Positions 57,799 through 64,000 of a stretch of DNA of 64,000 nt are shown here, in pieces. Below the pieces are notes generated by a model. It saw only the letters and a list, made by a program, of their open reading frames with translations. It made no database searches and had not been told where the DNA came from. This DNA is from a virus. Taxonomy: Duplodnaviria; Heunggongvirae; Uroviricota; Caudoviricetes. Position 1 is the stretch's first letter. Each line of letters opens with the position of its first letter. The stretch is from positions 74,826-138,825 of IMG/VR virus record IMGVR_UViG_3300025162_000019; one strand, 5' to 3'. The position numbers were made by a program, and so were the translations under genes.

Positions 57799-58551
57799 AT
57801 GCATTATAAAATGGCAGATTTTGTAAAATTAAAACAAACTGATACAGTATTTTTAATTGGAAGTGGATCATCACTAAATGAAATAACAGAGGATCAATGG
57901 TCTATAATAAATAGTTATGATAATATGGGTGTAAATAATATATTTTATCACCCATTTTTTATACCTAAATCACTTCATTTAGAACTTAAAAAATATGATT
58001 GGGGTATTGCAAAAGAAAGACTTGAAGAAAAATGGGAATTGGGTTGGAAAAATGTAAATTATATTTTCCCAATCGAAAGATATGCATATATATCAGGTGC
58101 TATAGGGCATGAAAAAAAGGCTAAAATTTTTACTTATAGATATGAAAGAAGAGGATTTCATCCTAAAAAACATCCAGATACAAAAATAGATGCAAATTTT
58201 AATCCCGATAAAATTTTATATAAATCATATGATACTAGTGTTTCAACTATTATACAAATGTTATATTTAATGGGGTATAAAAATATAATACTTTGGGGTT
58301 TAGATATGAGAGATAGTAAATATTTTTGGACTGATATGGAACCTGAAGTTAGAGGATTAGTTCATGATTTATGGAACAAACAAAGAGAAGGAAAAGATAA
58401 AAATACACCACATAATGCATCTCATTTACAAGATTATATAACAGATTTTAATGATAAATTTATGAAGCCAAAAAGAAGAGAGATTTTTGTTGGTCATAAA
58501 TCAACATTATTATATCCAAAACTACAATATATTGATATAGATAAATTATAA
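57799..58551 (+). CDS. GT42 (CstII sialyltransferase)-like glycosyltransferase
   Basis: VFLIGSGSSL...; IILWGLDMRDSKYFWTD resembles CstII GNGPSL / SGIDFY blocks. Confidence 0.4.
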   Translation: MHYKMADFVKLKQTDTVFLIGSGSSLNEITEDQWSIINSYDNMGVNNIFYHPFFIPKSLHLELKKYDWGIAKERLEEKWELGWKNVNYIFPIERYAYISGAIGHEKKAKIFTYRYERRGFHPKKHPDTKIDANFNPDKILYKSYDTSVSTIIQMLYLMGYKNIILWGLDMRDSKYFWTDMEPEVRGLVHDLWNKQREGKDKNTPHNASHLQDYITDFNDKFMKPKRREIFVGHKSTLLYPKLQYIDIDKL

Positions 58552-59285
58552 TGCATAATATTACAGAACTTCTTAACTATAAAAAAAGTAATATAGCTGT
58601 AATTTTAGGCAGTGGATCGTCAATAAATGACATAACAGAACAAGAATGGGAAAAATTAAAAACCTTTGATCTTTGGGCATTAAATAACTGGGTTTACCAT
58701 CCTTCAGTAATACCCAATTTTTATCATATAGAAGTTAAACATTATGATGCAGAAATTGTTAAAAGAAGATTGGAAGAAAAATGGGATAAGTATAAAGATG
58801 TTATATATTTAGTGCCTTCTATAAGACAAGATGTAGTAGATGTTATAGGGCATGAAAATGAAGCTAAAATATTTTATTATGAATATATTAAAAGAAATAT
58901 ATATAAAAATAAAATAAATGCTAATTATAATATAAAAATAAAAGGTATTTTTGTAAGATCATATAATACATCATTATCATTATTAATAGATATGTTATAT
59001 AAATTAAAATATAGATATATTATTTTAGCAGGCGTAGATTTATTGGATTCAAGATATTTTTGGACTAATGGCGATCCTAATATATATGGTGAAGTACATC
59101 AACAATGGAATAAAGAAATTAGTGGAGGTAAAATTGATGCCCCTCATAAAACTCACCATATTTCAAATTTCATAATTGATTTTAATAATCAGCATATGAA
59201 ATCTAAAAAAAGAGAAATATTTTTAATAACTAAAAAATCAAAACTTTATCCAGATTTAAATTGTATTAAAATAGAGAATATATGA
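58551..59285 (+). CDS. GT42-like glycosyltransferase, paralogue of 57799-58551
   Basis: AVILGSGSSI...ILAGVDLLDSRYFWTN. Confidence 0.4.
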   Translation: MHNITELLNYKKSNIAVILGSGSSINDITEQEWEKLKTFDLWALNNWVYHPSVIPNFYHIEVKHYDAEIVKRRLEEKWDKYKDVIYLVPSIRQDVVDVIGHENEAKIFYYEYIKRNIYKNKINANYNIKIKGIFVRSYNTSLSLLIDMLYKLKYRYIILAGVDLLDSRYFWTNGDPNIYGEVHQQWNKEISGGKIDAPHKTHHISNFIIDFNNQHMKSKKREIFLITKKSKLYPDLNCIKIENI

Positions 59286-60022
59286 TAGAAAAAAATATAA
59301 CTATATGCCCCTTATGCCATAGTAAAAGTAATAGAGTAGTGTATAATATAAATTTCACAACATTACAATGTAATGATTGTCAATTATATTTTCATAAAAA
59401 TTATTATACAAAAGAAGAATTATTTAGGTTTTATTCTACAAATTATGGTGTTAGTAGAGGAAAAAGAGCAAATATAAAAAATCCTGAAAGAATTTTATTT
59501 AATGAAAGTAAATATGAATTTTTAAAGGAGAGAAATTGTAGATTAAGATTTATGCCTGTTATAGATTCATTTACAGAAAAAAGGAATATACTAGAAATCG
59601 GTGCTGATGCAGGTGGCGCTACAAGATATATGATAAAAAGGGGTCATAATGTAGAAGCTGTAGAATTATTTAAAGATTATGCTGATAAGCTTACAAAAGA
59701 AGGCATTAAAGTTTATAATGATCTATTTGAAAATATTAATTTTAATAAAAAATATGATTTAATTGTTGCATTAGAAGTGATTGAACACTTTTCAGACCCG
59801 TTAAAATGTATAAATAAAATATATAATTTATTAAATACGGATGGTTATTTTATATTTGAAACACCTGTAGCAAAAGATGGTTTAGTTGATTCTGCATCAT
59901 ATAGTATAAGACCTTCGCATTATTGTGTATTTAATTCAACTTCTCTAAGTATATTATTAAAAGATTTTAAAAATTTACCAAAATTTAATGAAGGCAATGA
60001 GGTATATAAAATTAAAAAATGA
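59282..60022 (+). CDS. SAM-dependent methyltransferase with N-terminal zinc ribbon
   Basis: CPLCHS...CNDC; EIGADAGGAT; LIVALEVIEH. Confidence 0.5.
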   Translation: MIEKNITICPLCHSKSNRVVYNINFTTLQCNDCQLYFHKNYYTKEELFRFYSTNYGVSRGKRANIKNPERILFNESKYEFLKERNCRLRFMPVIDSFTEKRNILEIGADAGGATRYMIKRGHNVEAVELFKDYADKLTKEGIKVYNDLFENINFNKKYDLIVALEVIEHFSDPLKCINKIYNLLNTDGYFIFETPVAKDGLVDSASYSIRPSHYCVFNSTSLSILLKDFKNLPKFNEGNEVYKIKK

Positions 60023-60327
60023 GTAGATATGAAGATAAAACGATAGAAAAATTATTAGAAGAACTTGAAATTGAAGGTGAATTTTTAGATAAAGAGTTAG
60101 CAAATATAACAGGAAAAGATAAAATATCACCGGCGGGTGTAGTAAGATCAGTAACAGATGAAGAAAGAAATACGAAAAAAAGATGGATATGCTCAATTTT
60201 AAGAGATATTTATAATCATTCAGATAATGATGATGTAAAAAAATATACAATAGAAGCAGCAATTCAAGCTAAAAAAATGACAAGAAAATTAGCAGAATAT
60301 AAAGCAAAGGAATTAAAAAATGAATAA
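60019..60327 (+). CDS. hypothetical protein
   Basis: 102 aa. Confidence 0.4.
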   Translation: MSRYEDKTIEKLLEELEIEGEFLDKELANITGKDKISPAGVVRSVTDEERNTKKRWICSILRDIYNHSDNDDVKKYTIEAAIQAKKMTRKLAEYKAKELKNE

Positions 60328-60892
60328 TATATGTATGTATGGTAGTTATACTGATTATATACCATTGCTGAAAGAATATAAAGGTGGTTCTTTTTTAGAT
60401 GTAGGTGGTAATAATGGTAAAGCAGAAGCATATGCAGAAGGATTTAAATATTTTGTTTTAGAACTTTCGCAACCAAAGCATCCACATGAAAATACGATTA
60501 TAGGGGATATATGTAATTGCCAAGAAATTAAAGATGATTCCTATGATGTAGTATATTCCAATGATGTATTTGAGCATCTTTTAGAACCTTGGTCAGCGGC
60601 TGAGCACATTATTAGAATATGTAAACCTGGCGGACTAATCATAACAAGTACTGTTTTTTCTTGGAGATTTCATCCTGTTCCTGTAGATACATTTAGATAT
60701 ACGCATCAAGGACTTGAATATCTTTTTACAAGAACTGGTAAGGTACAAAGTTTAATAAGTAAATATGATATAAGAAAGAGAAGGAAAGATTCAAGAGGTA
60801 AAGGTGAATTTGATTTGCCTCCTATTGATGAATTAGGTGGCTGGCGAGAAAATTGGAAAGTACTATATGTTTGTAAGAAAAATAAACAATAG
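60320..60892 (+). CDS. SAM-dependent methyltransferase
   Basis: FLDVGGNNG; YDVVYSNDVFEHL; KPGGLII. Confidence 0.5.
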   Translation: MNNICMYGSYTDYIPLLKEYKGGSFLDVGGNNGKAEAYAEGFKYFVLELSQPKHPHENTIIGDICNCQEIKDDSYDVVYSNDVFEHLLEPWSAAEHIIRICKPGGLIITSTVFSWRFHPVPVDTFRYTHQGLEYLFTRTGKVQSLISKYDIRKRRKDSRGKGEFDLPPIDELGGWRENWKVLYVCKKNKQ

Positions 60893-60901
60893 GAGTAATA
60901 T

Positions 60902-61753
60902 ATGAATAATGTGTTATTAGTTGGCGAAATTGGCTTGAATGGAAATGGGGATTTAGAAATAACCAAAAAACTAATTAATATCTGTCATGCGTTCGGCGTT
61001 GACTATGTTAAATTTCAAAAAAGAACATTAGATAAATGTTATACACAAGAAGAACTTAATAAACCAAGAGAAAGTCCGTGGGGTACAACAACAAGAGAGC
61101 AAAAACAAGGTTTAGAATATAGTAAGGAAGAGTATAATGAAATAGATAAATATTGTAAAATGGTTGGTATAAAATGGTTTGCATCCGTTTGGGATATAGA
61201 ATCTGTAAATTTTATTGAAAGTTATGATGTTCCATTTATAAAGATACCATCAGCATTGATCTCACACATTGAACTACTGAACTCCGTCAAAAGGTCAGGA
61301 ATACCTGTTATCATATCAACTGGTATGAGTGAGTGGGAAGAAATTAAAACAGCTATTTCCATTTTAGGTGATAATCTTAAATATGTTCTACACACAACTT
61401 CAAGTTATCCTACCCCTGTTGATGAAATGAATTTAAATAAGATAACAACATTAAAAGATTCAGCTCCTATTAGTGGTAGCTATAAGATAGGATTTTCAAA
61501 TCATCACCAAGGAACATTCTTTTGCACAGTTGCAGCAGTTTTGGGTGCTGAGATGATAGAATTTCATGTAACTTTAGATAGGGCAATGTATGGGTCTGAT
61601 CAGGCGGCCAGTATTGAGCCAAATGGTATAAGACTTATTGTAGATCACATAAGAGATTTAGATGTTGCAATGGGTGATGGATATTGGAAAAGGAAAATAG
61701 AACCATCAGAAATACCAGTAATAAAAAAATTAAAAAGAAATCTTGACTTTTAA
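60902..61753 (+). CDS. NeuB-family nonulosonic acid (sialic/pseudaminic/legionaminic) synthase, TIM-barrel domain only
   Basis: LLVGEIGLNGNGDL...DYVKFQK...; IGFSNHHQG...EFHVTLD...GSDQAASIEP; lacks C-terminal AFP-like domain. Confidence 0.6.
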   Translation: MNNVLLVGEIGLNGNGDLEITKKLINICHAFGVDYVKFQKRTLDKCYTQEELNKPRESPWGTTTREQKQGLEYSKEEYNEIDKYCKMVGIKWFASVWDIESVNFIESYDVPFIKIPSALISHIELLNSVKRSGIPVIISTGMSEWEEIKTAISILGDNLKYVLHTTSSYPTPVDEMNLNKITTLKDSAPISGSYKIGFSNHHQGTFFCTVAAVLGAEMIEFHVTLDRAMYGSDQAASIEPNGIRLIVDHIRDLDVAMGDGYWKRKIEPSEIPVIKKLKRNLDF

Positions 61754-61772
61754 ATAAAAATAGAGTATACTG
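61744..61772 (+). promoter_or_regulatory. promoter for downstream homing-endonuclease-like gene
   Basis: TTGACT-N17-TATACT. Confidence 0.4.
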
Positions 61773-61789
61773 AGGTTAAATAATAAAGA

Positions 61790-62701
61790 ATGTTAAATAA
61801 AAAATATAATTTAAATACAGTTAGAGAGTATATAGAAAGTTTTAGTTATAAACTTTTATCAACTGAATATAAAGATAACAAATCTAAATTATTATTACAA
61901 TGTCCTAAAAATCATATAATAAAATTATCACTTCATAATTTTAAAGAAAATAGATGTTCTATATGTTCAAATAAAAAACCTGATTTATATGAAATTAGTA
62001 ACTATGTTGAAAGTTTCAATTATAAAGTTATATCTACAGAATATACAAATAAAAAAAATAAATTAAAAATACAATGTTCTGAAGGGCATATTTATGAAAG
62101 TAGTTATAACAGTTTTAAAAATGGTATTAGATGCCACTTATGTAAAGATAAAAAACTAAAAAAGGAAAAATTACACACTAATATTTTATATAATAAAAAG
62201 AAAACTTTAAAAGAAGTTAAAGAATATATTGAAAGTTTTGGTTATAATCTTTTATTTACAGAATATATAAATGCTAGGTCTAAATTAAAGTTAAAATGCC
62301 CTTCTGAGCATATATATAATGTAAAATGGCCAGATTTTAAAAACAATCATAGATGTCCTGAATGTGCATCGGTTAAGGGATGGTCTAAGCCAGAAAAAGA
62401 AATAGCTGAATATGTTAAAACAATATATTTAAATAATATTATAGAAAATGATAGAACACAAATAAAGAACTATTGGACAAATAAAAATTTAGAACTGGAT
62501 ATTTGGCTACCAGAAATAAGAAAAGCAATAGAGTTTAATGGTTCTTATTGGCATAATAATGATAAGTCAAGATGGTATGATGAAATAAAAAAGAAACAAT
62601 GCATACAAAAAGGTATTGATTTATTAGTTATAAATGAACAAGATTGGTATGATGATAAAAAACTTCAATTGAATAATATTGGAGGATTTATCAATGTTTG
62701 A
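61790..62701 (+). CDS. homing-endonuclease-like protein (3 repeats + Vsr/DUF559-like domain)
   Basis: same family; inserted after neuB-like gene. Confidence 0.6.
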   Translation: MLNKKYNLNTVREYIESFSYKLLSTEYKDNKSKLLLQCPKNHIIKLSLHNFKENRCSICSNKKPDLYEISNYVESFNYKVISTEYTNKKNKLKIQCSEGHIYESSYNSFKNGIRCHLCKDKKLKKEKLHTNILYNKKKTLKEVKEYIESFGYNLLFTEYINARSKLKLKCPSEHIYNVKWPDFKNNHRCPECASVKGWSKPEKEIAEYVKTIYLNNIIENDRTQIKNYWTNKNLELDIWLPEIRKAIEFNGSYWHNNDKSRWYDEIKKKQCIQKGIDLLVINEQDWYDDKKLQLNNIGGFINV

Positions 62702-62924
62702 TGATATTATTATAGACAAAAAGAAAGTATATAAAGAAAGATTAAATGAAAAAATACAAAATATTTTAGATAGTTTTAAATTGGAGCCTGATGATTCTAA
62801 AACTAGAAGTATTTTATATAATACACTACAACTTTTTTTAGAAGAGGAAAAAAAGAACAAACGAATACAAAATTATTTATTAAAAATAACTGAAAAAAAT
62901 ATAAAAATTGAGGTTAATGTCTAA
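62694..62924 (+). CDS. hypothetical protein
   Basis: RBS GGAGG; ATG 62694. Confidence 0.4.
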   Translation: MFDDIIIDKKKVYKERLNEKIQNILDSFKLEPDDSKTRSILYNTLQLFLEEEKKNKRIQNYLLKITEKNIKIEVNV

Positions 62925-63160
62925 TGTATGATGATCTGATAATGACTAAAAGACCTCTTGTTGGCGAAGAATACAATAGAGTATCAAAGGAATTACACCA
63001 AGGATGCTATGAATTATTGATAGAGCATTTAGGCGAAGATAAAAAGATTATACAAAATTTATTAGAAGGGTATATCAATTCAATATTAGAAGATTATGAT
63101 ACAAAATTTATTATTGAATTTGATATAGAAAAGTATAAAATAAACATAATTTTTAAGTAG
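62924..63160 (+). CDS. hypothetical protein
   Basis: 78 aa. Confidence 0.4.
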   Translation: MYDDLIMTKRPLVGEEYNRVSKELHQGCYELLIEHLGEDKKIIQNLLEGYINSILEDYDTKFIIEFDIEKYKINIIFK

Positions 63161-63174
63161 AAAGGAGAGGTAAA

Positions 63175-63360
63175 ATGTTTGAAGATATTTTTGGGGATTT
63201 TGACAGACAAGTAGAAAGAATAACTAACATTGATGATGGCGCTGGGCAGGTTCAAGCAGTTGATGATGTTTGGAAAACTGATGTTTGGTCTACTGCTGAT
63301 GAAGTTAATCCAGATTATGTTTGGGGTAGAGTTAATCCAGATTATGTCTGGCGAAGTTGA
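63175..63360 (+). CDS. small hypothetical protein with VNPDYVW x2
   Basis: RBS AAAGGAGAGG. Confidence 0.35.
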   Translation: MFEDIFGDFDRQVERITNIDDGAGQVQAVDDVWKTDVWSTADEVNPDYVWGRVNPDYVWRS

Positions 63361-64000
63361 TCTAAAATAGGTTCAATAAAATCACGATGTATCAGCTTTT
63401 TAGTTGAATAAAATTCTTCATTACTACCAGCTGATATATCGTTTTTTGTGCTCATTGCAATAAAAGAAGTACTAAAGCATAAACCGCCAATATAACCATG
63501 CTTATACAGTTTCAAAACCATTGCCCAGTCCGACATTCGATGTATAGTTTCATCAGTTACAAATCCACCAACTTCTTCTACTATTTTAGAATCATACATA
63601 CTGTTGGATGATATATAATTACCTTTTAATAGTTTCTTTATATCATATTCCATTGGAGGAAATTTTATATTTACATGGCCAGAATATTCAAATGGGCAAT
63701 ACGAAAATGCTAGATGTGATTTTTTGATTACAGAATGGAGTTTATCAAGCATATTTCTACCCAAAATTATATCCCTATCAATGATCTGAATATAGTTGGG
63801 TAGAAAATTGAATTGTTTTTTAAATTGATCTAAACCTGCTTGAACATTGGTTGCGTGTTTACCTGAACCTTCATATGAAATCCAAGTGAAATCTATATCG
63901 TTCTTCTTTATAGATGTTTTGGTTTCACTACTAATCTTATGCCCTGTAAGTAAAGGCGTAAGCACCAGAAGTTCTTTTGATTTACTTTCCTTTAAAACAT
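63342..64000 (-). CDS. GT2-family glycosyltransferase (N-terminus beyond window end)
   Basis: reading frame open to position 64000; DWAMVLKLYKHGY GT-A C-terminal motif; convergent with plus-strand cluster. Confidence 0.5.
   Translation of the reverse strand, partial: VLKESKSKELLVLTPLLTGHKISSETKTSIKKNDIDFTWISYEGSGKHATNVQAGLDQFKKQFNFLPNYIQIIDRDIILGRNMLDKLHSVIKKSHLAFSYCPFEYSGHVNIKFPPMEYDIKKLLKGNYISSNSMYDSKIVEEVGGFVTDETIHRMSDWAMVLKLYKHGYIGGLCFSTSFIAMSTKNDISAGSNEEFYSTKKLIHRDFIEPILDQLRQT

Noticed and set aside
1-64000. Prophage or integrative element signals (integrase, att sites, repressor)
   Set aside because: None were found. The gene content (gp32, rnh, primase, nrdDG and many homing-endonuclease-like genes) and promoter structure indicate a virulent phage genome segment.

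Overview
This 64 kb window is an AT-rich (roughly 30% GC) segment of a large, apparently virulent phage genome. It carries T4-like replication and nucleotide-metabolism genes: a gp32-like SSB, an RNase H/FEN-type 5'-3' exonuclease, a gp61-like primase, and anaerobic ribonucleotide reductase NrdD with its activase NrdG. These are expressed from textbook sigma-70/sigma-A promoters (TTGACA-N17-TATAAT, often TG-extended) with strong Shine-Dalgarno sites. No integrase, CRISPR array or canonical tRNA was seen.

Layout, start to end:

- 0-11.5 kb: a noticeably higher-GC region (different codon usage) with an early-region look. It has many consensus promoters, hairpin terminators, a recurrent intergenic motif, many tiny ORFs, a SAM methyltransferase, a Dam-like N6-adenine methyltransferase, a J-domain protein, and a ~1.3 kb ORF-free, promoter-fed structured region that probably encodes ncRNA.
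- 12.3-17.1 kb: a minus-strand operon of 15 small, translationally coupled genes. It includes a tandem array of seven diverged Cys-rich paralogues and is bounded by a 14 x 12-bp tandem repeat.
- 17-47 kb: plus-strand replication and accessory genes. These include two amidoligase-like paralogues, a DHH phosphoesterase, an SPFH lipoprotein, an Hjc-like resolvase and a DnaJ-type zinc finger protein. The region is heavily colonised by a family of free-standing homing-endonuclease-like genes: 9 intact copies plus 2 remnants, each with 1-3 N-terminal zinc-ribbon-like repeats and a C-terminal Vsr/DUF559-like nuclease domain. It also holds two HNH endonucleases and a group I intron carrying an HNH ORF that splits a cold-shock protein gene.
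- 48-64 kb: a large glycan-biosynthesis island. It has NeuB-like nonulosonic acid synthase and NeuA-like CMP-sugar synthetase genes, a class IV aminotransferase, a radical SAM enzyme, a metallophosphoesterase, two to three methyltransferases, and at least eight glycosyltransferases (GT2, GT4-like, GT9-like and GT42/CstII sialyltransferase-like). This is the most likely novel system here: a phage-encoded nonulosonic-acid glycosylation pathway whose target is unknown.

All calls rest on reading the sequence and recalled family motifs; no database searches were run.
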